Positions 45,251 to 55,098 of a stretch of 64,000 nt of DNA are shown here, in pieces. The first letter of the stretch is position 1, and each line of letters begins with the position of its first letter. The stretch lies in the IMG/VR virus record IMGVR_UViG_3300032316_000329, positions 32,001 through 96,000 of that record. One strand, 5' to 3'. The notes below the pieces were generated by a model, which searched no databases, was not told the DNA's origin, and worked only from the letters and a program-made list of their open reading frames with translations. The translations under genes and the position numbers were made by a program. The stretch is from a virus.

Positions 45251-46687
45251 ATGGCTAACACAACAATCCAGATTAAACGCTCTGGCGTTACATCACAACC
45301 GGCGTCACTAGCGGCCGCCGAACCAGCGTATTCCTATCTTTCTGATAAACTCTTTATAGGTAATGCCACAGGTTCAGGTGTTATCGCCATTGGCGGTAAG
45401 TATTTTATCGACCAGTTAAATGTTGCCTTTGCTGTTGCCAATGCCGCTTATGGTGTTGCTAATAGTTCAACGGTTGCTAATGCCGCATACGATGTTGCCA
45501 ATGCGGCATTCGGTAAAGCCAATGCGGCCAATGTTCTTGCTTATAATACCGGTATCGGTGCTAATGCCTATGCTACTTTGGTTGGTACATCAGGTAATGC
45601 CTATGCTACTTTGGTTGGTACATCAGGTAATGCCTATGCTGATGTAGTAGGTGCGGCATCTAATGCTTGGGCCAATACAGTTGGTACATCAGGTAATGCT
45701 TACGCATCCGTAGTTGGTACAAATGCCAATAACTATTCTAATGCTACATTCGTTAAATTAGTGGCAGGTTCACAAACAATCACCGGTGATTTTAGTATTA
45801 CTGGTAATCTGTTTATTGGTGGCAATACCACTTCTGTTTCAGCCAATAACTTGGTTGTTAACGATCCATTAATTTACTTGGCAAACGGTAATCCTTCGGA
45901 CATTGTTGATATCGGATTCGTTGGTAGTTATGTTAATGGCACATCAGCACACGTCCATACCGGTCTTTTCAGAGATCATTCTAGTAAGCAATATTACTTG
46001 TTTCAAGGATTTGATGCTGATCCAGAGTTGAATAATGATCTTACACCATATGCCAATAATATGGTTAATGCTACCTTGATTGCCGACTTTGTTACAAGCA
46101 ATCTAACTCTTGGTGGTGCTAATGCTATTGTTTGGATTAAGTCTGCTTACGATAATGCGAATGGTGGTTTTGGTGTTACAAATGCGGCATTCGGACACTC
46201 AAATACCACATATGCAGCAGTTAATTCCGCTTTTGGTGTTATTAATGCTTCCTTTGGTGTTGCTAATGCTTCTTACGGACAAGTTAATACACTTGCCACA
46301 TCAGCAAATGCTTATGCTACTGCCGTCGGAGCAGCCGGTAATGCTTACACAGTTTCAGTTGGAACATCTGGTAATGCTTATGCTTCTGCTGTTGGTACTT
46401 CTGCCAATGTATATGCCGCGGCAGTTGGTACATCTGCCAATGCTTATGCTGACATTGTTGGTGGTGCTGCTAATACAAATGCTGCTAATGCTTCTTACCT
46501 ATCAACAGGAACAGTAATCGTCGCAAGAGGCGGTACTGGATTAAACTCAATTACTGCAAATGGTGTTATCTATGGTAACGGAACAGGTGCTGTTGGAGTA
46601 ACCTCGGCCGGATCCGAAGGCAATGTTCTACAGGTAAATGCTTCTGGTATACCAGCATTTGGTATGCTCGATGGAGGTACTTTCTAA
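45251..46687 (+). CDS. tail fibre shaft protein
   Basis: MANTTIQIKRS N-terminus, hendecad NAY repeats, VARGGTG motif, ends LDGGTF. Confidence 0.75.
   Translation: MANTTIQIKRSGVTSQPASLAAAEPAYSYLSDKLFIGNATGSGVIAIGGKYFIDQLNVAFAVANAAYGVANSSTVANAAYDVANAAFGKANAANVLAYNTGIGANAYATLVGTSGNAYATLVGTSGNAYADVVGAASNAWANTVGTSGNAYASVVGTNANNYSNATFVKLVAGSQTITGDFSITGNLFIGGNTTSVSANNLVVNDPLIYLANGNPSDIVDIGFVGSYVNGTSAHVHTGLFRDHSSKQYYLFQGFDADPELNNDLTPYANNMVNATLIADFVTSNLTLGGANAIVWIKSAYDNANGGFGVTNAAFGHSNTTYAAVNSAFGVINASFGVANASYGQVNTLATSANAYATAVGAAGNAYTVSVGTSGNAYASAVGTSANVYAAAVGTSANAYADIVGGAANTNAANASYLSTGTVIVARGGTGLNSITANGVIYGNGTGAVGVTSAGSEGNVLQVNASGIPAFGMLDGGTF
45562..45640 (+). repeat. 33-bp tandem repeat (about 2.4 copies) encoding hendecad NAYATLVGTSG
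   Basis: TAATGCCTATGCTACTTTGGTTGGTACATCAGG repeated. Confidence 0.9.
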
Positions 46688-46712
46688 TTATTAACAAAGT
46701 GGAGATTTGATT

Positions 46713-47222
46713 ATGGATCAACAAAAATATATTAATACATATGTTGATAAGTCAGTGGGAATGTTACACGAATATGTCAGTATTATTCTCCAGTTACGAA
46801 CACAACTACACATAGCAAATGACCTGATTAAAGAAAAAGATCAGGTCATTTCCGACCTACAAGAAAAAGCACAACAATTTAATAATGATGCTCAGGAATT
46901 GGATACGGCCAAGAATAATGCTCGTTCATGGGAAGATCAATATAATGCTATGAAGAATAAACTATCTCATATGGATACATTGATCAATCAGATCAATGAA
47001 ATGAAACAGGCATTAATATCAAAGAATACAGAAGCAGATGAACTAAGAAAAAATTTTGATAATGTTAATAACGAATTGATTAATAAAAATAATGAAATCA
47101 ATAATCTTCGTAAACTAGTTCCCAAAGAAACCACTCCTAAAAAGGCCATAAATACAAAGAGTAAAATTAAACCTTTTGTTATTGAAAATGAAAAACCGGT
47201 AGAAGAGACTGACGACTTTTAA
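46713..47222 (+). CDS. coiled-coil protein (possible fibre chaperone)
   Basis: continuous heptads; GGAG RBS; ATG 46713 preferred over TTG 46707. Confidence 0.6.
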   Translation: MDQQKYINTYVDKSVGMLHEYVSIILQLRTQLHIANDLIKEKDQVISDLQEKAQQFNNDAQELDTAKNNARSWEDQYNAMKNKLSHMDTLINQINEMKQALISKNTEADELRKNFDNVNNELINKNNEINNLRKLVPKETTPKKAINTKSKIKPFVIENEKPVEETDDF

Positions 47223-47884
47223 TGGCCAACACAGTAATCCAATTAAAGAAATCTGCGGTACCAACAGCACAACCGAATGCGGGGTCGTTAGCTAATGGTG
47301 AACTTGCTATTAACTATGCTGACGGTAAACTCTTCTATAAAGATTCCTCAGGCCTTATACAACAAATTTCTAGTGGTGGTAATACATTTTCTACCATCAA
47401 TGCTGCTGGTACATTGCTTGTTTCAGACTTACCTGGTGATATTCTAACAATTGACCAAGGTGATAATATCATCATTGTTCCTGAACCACTTAATGATAAA
47501 CTAACTATTTCGGCCAATCTATCGCCTGCCAACAATTACGCCGGGGCTATGGCCAACTCGGTCAATGCCTACACATCAACAACATATTCTACACTAACAC
47601 AATTTGGTTCTGTATTTGGTGTTGCTAATGCAGCGTTTGATAAGGCTAATACAGGATCAACAAATGTAAATACGTTTTCGTCTATTGCTGTTGCTGGTCA
47701 AGGTACCATATTAGCCTCATTGGAAGATACTCTAAACTTATCAGATGGTAATGGTATAAATATACAGACAGATCCGGTTACAAAAACAGTTTCATTTGGT
47801 ATAGTGCCAGGTACATATTCGGGAGATTACGGATTAATAACAGAACCGGTTAATATGATACACGACTACGGGGGTCTAGGATAA
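47222..47884 (+). CDS. tail fibre segment protein
   Basis: MANTVIQLKKS...LANGELAINYADGKLFYKD; ends DYG...DYGGLG. Confidence 0.7.
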   Translation: MANTVIQLKKSAVPTAQPNAGSLANGELAINYADGKLFYKDSSGLIQQISSGGNTFSTINAAGTLLVSDLPGDILTIDQGDNIIIVPEPLNDKLTISANLSPANNYAGAMANSVNAYTSTTYSTLTQFGSVFGVANAAFDKANTGSTNVNTFSSIAVAGQGTILASLEDTLNLSDGNGINIQTDPVTKTVSFGIVPGTYSGDYGLITEPVNMIHDYGGLG

Positions 47885-50499
47885 TGTCCGTTCAGGTACA
47901 AATAAGAAGAGGTAATACAGCTCAAACTTCGGCATTTACCGGTGCTGTTGCTGAAATTACCGTCGATACAGATAAACAAACATTAGTTGTTCATAACGGA
48001 TCAAAGTCTGGTGGATTTCCTCTTGCTCCTAATACCGCTTTTGATGTCGCCAATGCTGCTTTCAACTCCGCAAACAATGTAGCACCTCAGGTTGCCCCCT
48101 CTTTTAATACTGCTAATGCTGCCTTTGATAAGGCCAATTCGGCCAATGTCCTTGCCTATAATACAGGTATTGGTGCAAATGCTTATACTGTATCCGTAGG
48201 TTCATCCGGTAATAATTATGCTGGTGCTATGGCCAACAGCATTAACGCATACACTACTGCCACTTATGCTACTCAAACAGATTTAAGTACCGGTCTCTCT
48301 GCTGGTAATACTTATACAGTTTCCGTTGGAACGAGTGCTAATAATTATGCAGGCGCAATGGCGAATGCCGCCAATGCATATGCAACGGCAACTTACGAAA
48401 CTCAAATTGTAGTATCAACCGGTCTTGCTTCTGGTAATGCTTATGCTAATTTTGTTGGAACGTCAGCAAACTCTTATGCCAATACTTCTACGGAAGCGGC
48501 AAATAACTATGCCGGATTTATGGCAAACGCATCCAATGCCTATGCTGCTTCATTAACACCAGATTTATCTCCGGCATTTAACAAGGCAAACGATGCCTAT
48601 ACACAGGCAAATGCTGCCTATTCCCATGCCAATGATGTGGCAACAGGTGCCAATGCCTATTCCGTTTCTGTTGGCGCCGCTGGTAATGCTTATGTTAATC
48701 TATCTACTGGTGCTGCAAATTCTTATACCGTAACAGTCGGTACATCTGCCAATAATTATGCCGGTGTTATGGCAAACTCAGCAAACGGAATTGCTGATGC
48801 TACTTACATCAAAAAAACTGCAACTACACAGATAATAACCGGTGATATACAGATTACTGGTAATTTGATACTATCTGGTAATGCTACCCAGATTTCTGCT
48901 AACAATCTGTCTATCCAGGATCCTCTTATATTCCTTGCCACAAACAATATCAGCGACATTGTTGATATTGGATTTATAGGTCATTATAACAATGGTTCCG
49001 CAAACGTTCATACAGGTGTCTATAGAGACCACGCATCTAAAGAATATTATATATTCAATGGTCTATTCGGTGAACCAGAACTAGTCAATGATATTGTTCC
49101 ATATGCTAACAATATGGTTAACGCCGTTCTTAATGCTGATTTAAGAACCAGTAATCTAAATCTTGGTGGTGCTAATGCTATTGTTTGGATTAGATCAGCA
49201 TATGATAACTCTAATGCTGCGTATAACAATGCTAATTCAATTGCCACTTCTGCCAATAATTATGCAGGAGCAATGGCTAATGCGGCTAATGCTTATGCAT
49301 CGTCTTTAACGCCAGATTTAACTCCAGCATTTAATAAGGCAAACGATGCCTATACTATTGCTAACGGAGCATTTGATAAGGCCAATTCTGCCAATGTTCT
49401 TGCTTATAATACAGGAATTGGTAGTAATGCTTATACTAATGTAGTAGGAACATCCGCAAATAACTATGCTGGTGCTATGGCTAATTCTGCCAATGCATAT
49501 GCTCTTTCATTAACACCAGATTTATCTCCTGCTTTTAATGTTGCTAATGGAGCCTTTAACAAGGCAAACTCTGCTAATGTATTGGCCAAGGCAGCATATG
49601 ATTATGCTAATACAATTACAGGCGGTGCTGTTGTTTCAGCAACAGCACCTTCATCACCTTCTGCGGGTTCATTTTGGTGGAATACTACTTATGGTAGACT
49701 ATTTGTTTATTACAATGATGGTAATACATCTCAATGGGTTGATGCTACTGCTACTGCTACTGCTGCAAGAGTAGTAACTACTGATACCGTACCAAACGGT
49801 GCGGTGGACGGACAACTTTGGTGGAACTCAGAATACGGTAGATTGTTTGTCTATTATAATGACGGTGATACTAGTCAATGGGTTGACACCAATCCTGCTA
49901 CGGATATTGGTGGTATAACGGACATTGCAAATGCTGCTTTTGATAAGGCTAATACAGGTGCCACCTTTGCTTATGTAAATACTTCTGCGGCCGCAGCAAA
50001 TGCTTATACCAATGTTTCAACAGGTGCTGCTAATGCTTATACCAATGTTTCAACAGGTGCTGCTAATGCTTATACCAATGTTTCTACGGCCGCGGCAAAT
50101 AATTGGGCAAACACAAAATTAGCAAACACAAATGTCGTCCTTGCTGGCAATTTAACATCTACACAAGGTGTTGCTGATAGGATAGGTGATGTAAGAAACT
50201 TACCAATTGTAAATCAAACATCATCATATACACTAACACTTGCTGATAATGGTGAGGTTATTTCTTTAACAACTGGTAACGTTTTTGTTACTGCTGGCAT
50301 ATTTTTTCCAGGTAATACTGTTTCTGTGTTTAACAATTCATCGGCAAATATAACCATCACACAGAATACCAGTGTTACATTGTATTCCGCTGGTACTTCT
50401 AATACTGGTAATAGAATCTTGCAGCAAAGAGGTATTGCTACAATCGTTTGCGTTGCTGCAAATACATTTGTTGTTACAGGTGCGGGTATGGTTCCATGA
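47884..50499 (+). CDS. long tail fibre shaft protein (Mtd-N-like N-terminus)
   Basis: QVQIRRGNTAQ...FTGAVAEITVDTDK..LVVHNG; Asn/Ala repeats; two WWNxxYGRLFVYYNDG domains. Confidence 0.8.
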   Translation: MSVQVQIRRGNTAQTSAFTGAVAEITVDTDKQTLVVHNGSKSGGFPLAPNTAFDVANAAFNSANNVAPQVAPSFNTANAAFDKANSANVLAYNTGIGANAYTVSVGSSGNNYAGAMANSINAYTTATYATQTDLSTGLSAGNTYTVSVGTSANNYAGAMANAANAYATATYETQIVVSTGLASGNAYANFVGTSANSYANTSTEAANNYAGFMANASNAYAASLTPDLSPAFNKANDAYTQANAAYSHANDVATGANAYSVSVGAAGNAYVNLSTGAANSYTVTVGTSANNYAGVMANSANGIADATYIKKTATTQIITGDIQITGNLILSGNATQISANNLSIQDPLIFLATNNISDIVDIGFIGHYNNGSANVHTGVYRDHASKEYYIFNGLFGEPELVNDIVPYANNMVNAVLNADLRTSNLNLGGANAIVWIRSAYDNSNAAYNNANSIATSANNYAGAMANAANAYASSLTPDLTPAFNKANDAYTIANGAFDKANSANVLAYNTGIGSNAYTNVVGTSANNYAGAMANSANAYALSLTPDLSPAFNVANGAFNKANSANVLAKAAYDYANTITGGAVVSATAPSSPSAGSFWWNTTYGRLFVYYNDGNTSQWVDATATATAARVVTTDTVPNGAVDGQLWWNSEYGRLFVYYNDGDTSQWVDTNPATDIGGITDIANAAFDKANTGATFAYVNTSAAAANAYTNVSTGAANAYTNVSTGAANAYTNVSTAAANNWANTKLANTNVVLAGNLTSTQGVADRIGDVRNLPIVNQTSSYTLTLADNGEVISLTTGNVFVTAGIFFPGNTVSVFNNSSANITITQNTSVTLYSAGTSNTGNRILQQRGIATIVCVAANTFVVTGAGMVP
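49999..50084 (+). repeat. 33-bp tandem repeat (about 2.6 copies) encoding NAYTNVSTGAA
   Basis: AATGCTTATACCAATGTTTCAACAGGTGCTGCT repeated. Confidence 0.9.
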
Positions 50500-51476
50500 C
50501 GATGATGAGTATATTGGCAGGAAATGCTTTCACTCCATCTGCATCATCGAGTGCTTTTGCATCAGCAACAGGTGGCACTCTGACTACTGCCACTATTAAT
50601 GGATTTTCTTACAATATTCATACATTTACTACAGTTGGCTCCAATAGCATAACTTTTACGAATGGCGGACCGATAGAAGTTTTTATGGTAGGTGGAGGCG
50701 GCGGTGGTGGATCTTTAGGCGGTGGTGGTGCTGGCGGCGCCGTGATGAATGTATCAAACACAATAGCATCAGGAACTTATTCTCTTACTGTTGGAGATGG
50801 TGGTGTTGGTGCTCAAGCTTGGTCCGTGTGTTGCCAAAATGGTTTAAATACAACAGGATTTGGTATAACTTGTTTTGCTGGTGGATCAGGATGTGTATAT
50901 TCGGCAGGTTGTCTAAACACTTATAACACAGCATCACAGGGAAACTTTGGTGGTAGATGTTTTGCGGTAAAATCCTATTCTAGTTCACCTACATCACCAT
51001 CAATACCCGCCGGTTGGTCAGGAATAGTTTATGCGGGTAATCTTGGCGGAACAATGACCGGTTCTTGTTGTCCTTGTAATGGTGCCGGCGGCGCCGGTGC
51101 TGGAGGTGCTGGTTCTAATCACAATGGTCCTCCAAATGGAGGCCCTGGTGTAACTGTTAATTTTACAGGTACATCTTATGTGTGGGCCGGCGGCGGAGGA
51201 GGTTCAGGTTATTGTTCTCAAGAAGCAGGTAATGGTGGATCTGGCGGAGGAGGTGGAGGAGGAACAACAACCGCAGGCGCCGTAGGAACCGGTGGTACCG
51301 GTGGATTAAATAATGGAAATCCTGGAGTCGGAACAACCGATCCTTCCGTTGGCGGCGCAGGTGGAAATAACACAGGTGCTGGTGGCGGCGCAGGTTCAAC
51401 CGGTTCAGGTACTGCCGGTGCCAACGGCGGCAAAGGTGGTTCAGGTATTATTATTGTTAGATATAGGACTTCATAA
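50496..51476 (+). CDS. glycine-rich adhesin-like protein with Cys-rich loops
   Basis: ATGG...YNIHTFT, MVGGGGGGG, GGSGIIIVRY; ATGA-coupled start at 50496 preferred over 50448. Confidence 0.7.
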   Translation: MTMMSILAGNAFTPSASSSAFASATGGTLTTATINGFSYNIHTFTTVGSNSITFTNGGPIEVFMVGGGGGGGSLGGGGAGGAVMNVSNTIASGTYSLTVGDGGVGAQAWSVCCQNGLNTTGFGITCFAGGSGCVYSAGCLNTYNTASQGNFGGRCFAVKSYSSSPTSPSIPAGWSGIVYAGNLGGTMTGSCCPCNGAGGAGAGGAGSNHNGPPNGGPGVTVNFTGTSYVWAGGGGGSGYCSQEAGNGGSGGGGGGGTTTAGAVGTGGTGGLNNGNPGVGTTDPSVGGAGGNNTGAGGGAGSTGSGTAGANGGKGGSGIIIVRYRTS

Positions 51477-52033
51477 TGAAAGATTTGAAAGTCACATTAG
51501 ATTTAAATACAGAACAATGGTGGATTGAAAATATACAGGACTTCAATCCAATCACAGAAGTTTTGTTCAATGTTAAACAAATAAACAAAGAAACTGTTTT
51601 CAACAATCTGAAGTTCGGTTTTACTTTAAAACTCAATGATATCATCATACAATCAATTAGCGAACCATCTGAAGGAATAACATATATCTCTTCTGATCAA
51701 GATTACTTAAAATCAATACCTATTAATGTTATCTACAACAGAGAATACGTCATTGACTTGTGGGTAGAAAACGATGGTAAGAGATATGAAAAATCTCATT
51801 ATATTACAACTCCTAAACCGGAACAACCATTCAATTCTTGGACATGGAATGAACAGTATGAATACTGGGAAGCACCGATAGCAAAACCAGAAAATCAACC
51901 AACTTATGTTTGGAGTGAAGATTCTAAAATGTGGGTACCACCTTTGAATTTAGATATGAAAACACCTGAAAATGCTATATGGAATCCTTCAACCAATCAA
52001 TGGGAGATATTGCCTGATTATGATCTCACATGA
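51476..52033 (+). CDS. hypothetical protein (adhesin-associated chaperone-like C-terminus)
   Basis: PxPEQPFNSWTWNE...WEAPIAKP...YVWSE...W repeats. Confidence 0.55.
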   Translation: MKDLKVTLDLNTEQWWIENIQDFNPITEVLFNVKQINKETVFNNLKFGFTLKLNDIIIQSISEPSEGITYISSDQDYLKSIPINVIYNREYVIDLWVENDGKRYEKSHYITTPKPEQPFNSWTWNEQYEYWEAPIAKPENQPTYVWSEDSKMWVPPLNLDMKTPENAIWNPSTNQWEILPDYDLT

Positions 52034-52208
52034 TGCAAACACTACTTTTTTCTTAACCAAAGAAGAAGCACAAGAGAGATATAACATTTGTAAGCAATGT
52101 GATAGTTTTATACCTTTAACATCACAGTGTAAAGAATGTGGTTGTCTCATGAAAATAAAAGCAAAGATTAGAAATTCCGACTGTCCATTATCAAAATGGA
52201 AAAACTAA
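52020..52208 (+). CDS. small Cys-rich metal-binding protein
   Basis: RYNICKQC...QCKECGC...CPLSKW; start 52020 preferred. Confidence 0.6.
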   Translation: MISHDANTTFFLTKEEAQERYNICKQCDSFIPLTSQCKECGCLMKIKAKIRNSDCPLSKWKN

Positions 52209-52211
52209 ATA
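52204..52211 (+). promoter_or_regulatory. late promoter variant ACTAAATA
   Basis: 22 nt upstream of the fibre gene at 52233. Confidence 0.55.
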
Positions 52212-52232
52212 CTACAAACAAGTAGAGATTAA

Positions 52233-53237
52233 ATGGCAAAAATTAATTTTCCAAGTTCGCCAACTAATGGCCAAACATTCAATCAAAACGGAGTGTATTA
52301 TACATACGACTCTACTTTTGGTGCTTGGGTAACTGCTCTCGTTCCTAAACCTTTGGATAATAGCAGAAACACACAAATTATCTTTAATGATGCCACTTAT
52401 GCCAATGGTTCTAACGGTATGACTTTTAGTAAGTCTGCCAATACGGCATACCTTGCCAATGTAGCAGTTACACAGAATGTTTATGCCAACTATTTTATAG
52501 GTAATGGTGCCGCACTAACAGGTATTGTTACAGACTTTTCGCCAGCTTATAATACCGCTAATGGTGCCTATAATGTTGCCAATGGTGCCTATACGACCGC
52601 TAACGGTGGATATAATGTTGCCAATGCGGCCTTTGGCAGGGCCAACACCGCATTACAGAACACCTCAGGTACCGTATTTACTGGAAATTTCTTTGTTGCC
52701 AATAGCGTTGGTGTTGGTAGATCAACCACTGGTTATGCTCTTGATGTTGTTGGTACAGTTAATGCTTCGGCACTACTTATTAACGGAGCAGCCTTATCAG
52801 GTGGTGCCACTGTTTCCGATCAAACAACTTCCGCATCAACATTCTATCCTGTAATTACAACCACAACTAGTGGTACAATGTCTGTTGCGAATGTTTCAAC
52901 TACCAAACTCTACTTCGTTCCATCTACCGGTACATTATCAGCAACGGTGTTCAACTCATTATCCGATATCACATTAAAGACTGATATTGAAGAGATTAAC
53001 GGAATAGAACTAATAAATAAGATAAACCCAATAGGTTTCAGATGGAAAGAGAATGGCACAAAGTCTTATGGTGTTATTGCTCAGGAACTGGAACAAGTAT
53101 TGCCGGAGTTGGTTCAGACCAATGAAGGCCTTAAATCGGTTTCTTATACTCCTATGATTGCTATGTTGATTGATACTGTTAAGAAACAAGAAAAACGAAT
53201 AGAAAAACTTGAACAATTATTAAGTAATCAAAAGTAA
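52233..53237 (+). CDS. tail fibre protein with C-terminal peptidase S74 intramolecular chaperone
   Basis: FPSSPTNGQ N-terminus; SDITLKTDI...GVIAQELEQVLPELV...VSY followed by coiled coil. Confidence 0.85.
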   Translation: MAKINFPSSPTNGQTFNQNGVYYTYDSTFGAWVTALVPKPLDNSRNTQIIFNDATYANGSNGMTFSKSANTAYLANVAVTQNVYANYFIGNGAALTGIVTDFSPAYNTANGAYNVANGAYTTANGGYNVANAAFGRANTALQNTSGTVFTGNFFVANSVGVGRSTTGYALDVVGTVNASALLINGAALSGGATVSDQTTSASTFYPVITTTTSGTMSVANVSTTKLYFVPSTGTLSATVFNSLSDITLKTDIEEINGIELINKINPIGFRWKENGTKSYGVIAQELEQVLPELVQTNEGLKSVSYTPMIAMLIDTVKKQEKRIEKLEQLLSNQK

Positions 53238-53248
53238 CGGAATAAGAT

Positions 53249-54406
53249 ATGCCAAATTTTAATAGTCCAGAAGGCGAACTAACTGATCTGTTTATGACGG
53301 ATGTAAGTATCCTGGATAGTTTTGTTGGTAATGAGTTGTGGGGATGGGGACGTAATGGTTATGGACAACTTGGTGACAACACAAGAACCAAAAGATCCTC
53401 ACCAGTCCAGACCGTATCTGGTGGAACCAACTGGAAGTTCGTTGCTTGTGGTTTTAATTACACCACTACCATTAAAACAGATGGAACGTTGTGGTCGTGG
53501 GGAGGAAATAGTTATGGTCAACTAGGTGATAACTCCAGAACCCATAGATCCTCTCCAGTCCAAACTGTATCTGGTGGTACCAATTGGAAACTAGTTGCTT
53601 GTGGTAGTTATCACACCACTGCCATTAAAACAGATGGTACCCTTTGGACCTGGGGTCAGAGTATTTATGGTCAACTAGGTGATAACTCAACAAACAATAG
53701 ATCCTCACCAGTCCAGACCGTATCTGCTGGTACAAATTGGAAACAAGTTGCTGGTGGTTTCAATCACACCACTGCCATTAAAACAGATGGTACATTATGG
53801 ACATGGGGAGGTAATGGTTATGGTCAACTAGGTGATAACTCAACAACCAGTAGATCCTCACCAGTTCAGACCGTATCTGCTGGTACCAATTGGAAACAGG
53901 TTGCTTGTGGTCAACACACTGCCGCCATCAAAACAGATGGTACATTATGGTTGTGGGGACGTAATGAATACGGTGCACTAGGTGATAATACAACAACCAA
54001 TAGATCCTCACCAGTCCAAACCGTATCTGGTGGAACCAACTGGAAACAAGTTGCTGGTGGTATTTACCACACCGCTGCCATTAAGACTGATGGAACCCTT
54101 TGGACCTGGGGATATAATACTGACGGTCAACTAGGTGACAATACAACAACCGATAGATCCTCACCAGTCCAAACCGTATCTGGTGGTACCAACTGGAAAC
54201 AGGTTGCTGGTGGTCGGTTTAACACTGCTGCCATTAAAACTGATGGTACATTGTGGGGATGGGGACGTAATACTGACGGTCAACTAGGTGATAACTCCAT
54301 AACCCATAGATCCTCACCGGTCCAGACTGTATCTAGTGGAACCAACTGGAAACTGGTTGCTGGTGGTAGTTATCACACTGCTGCCGTAACCTATACAGAA
54401 TCATAA
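53249..54406 (+). CDS. RCC1-repeat beta-propeller (7 repeats)
   Basis: 7 x ~50-aa GTLWxWGxNxxGQLGDN...SSPVQT...WKxVAxG..HTAAIKTD. Confidence 0.92.
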   Translation: MPNFNSPEGELTDLFMTDVSILDSFVGNELWGWGRNGYGQLGDNTRTKRSSPVQTVSGGTNWKFVACGFNYTTTIKTDGTLWSWGGNSYGQLGDNSRTHRSSPVQTVSGGTNWKLVACGSYHTTAIKTDGTLWTWGQSIYGQLGDNSTNNRSSPVQTVSAGTNWKQVAGGFNHTTAIKTDGTLWTWGGNGYGQLGDNSTTSRSSPVQTVSAGTNWKQVACGQHTAAIKTDGTLWLWGRNEYGALGDNTTTNRSSPVQTVSGGTNWKQVAGGIYHTAAIKTDGTLWTWGYNTDGQLGDNTTTDRSSPVQTVSGGTNWKQVAGGRFNTAAIKTDGTLWGWGRNTDGQLGDNSITHRSSPVQTVSSGTNWKLVAGGSYHTAAVTYTES

Positions 54407-54423
54407 TAAGAGGAAACAAAAAG

Positions 54424-55089
54424 ATGTTTGTAATCGTTCAAGACAATTTTGTAATAGATGGACCAAGGGATTGGAACAAGAAGAAGTTTGAAGAAGTTCT
54501 TTTAGAAGATTGTGAAGTAGATTTCACACTTGAAACCAGAAACGAATCCAACCTTCCAATCGTTGTTTCCGACACTGTTAAGATTCTTCCGGTAACCAAA
54601 CTTCCTGATCCAGTATTTAATTCCAAGACACAGATTCTTCAAGGGCCATTCTGGAACCTATCAGACACATTGGCCGAAGAATATTACACCGCGCAAGATA
54701 TGCCAGTGGATGCTGTTAAGAACTTTCTTACCTCTATTGTTGCTAATGCTCGGTATATTAAAGAAACTGCTGGTATTAAAATGACTATTCAAGGAACTCA
54801 GGTTTCTGTTGATACTGCTCGTGGTTCAAGAGATATATTCTTTCAGGCATTTTTATCTATTGGTGAAACTGAAACAATGAACTGGAAGTTTCCTGAGACC
54901 TGGTTAGAACTCACAAAGAGTGATCTGGGTTTGATTGTTTCTGCGGGTCGTAACCATATTCAGACATCTTTTGATTGGGAGAATGGTTGGGTCAATAGAG
55001 TTAGTGCTGCTGTTACATTGAATGATCTTAATACACTTTATAATGAACTGGAAGCGGAATTAAAACCACAGACAAATCCAACAGTATAA
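54424..55089 (+). CDS. DUF4376-like tail-associated chaperone
   Basis: ARYIKETAGI...DTARGSR...NWKF...IQTSFDWE. Confidence 0.6.
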   Translation: MFVIVQDNFVIDGPRDWNKKKFEEVLLEDCEVDFTLETRNESNLPIVVSDTVKILPVTKLPDPVFNSKTQILQGPFWNLSDTLAEEYYTAQDMPVDAVKNFLTSIVANARYIKETAGIKMTIQGTQVSVDTARGSRDIFFQAFLSIGETETMNWKFPETWLELTKSDLGLIVSAGRNHIQTSFDWENGWVNRVSAAVTLNDLNTLYNELEAELKPQTNPTV

Positions 55090-55098
55090 GGTCGTATA

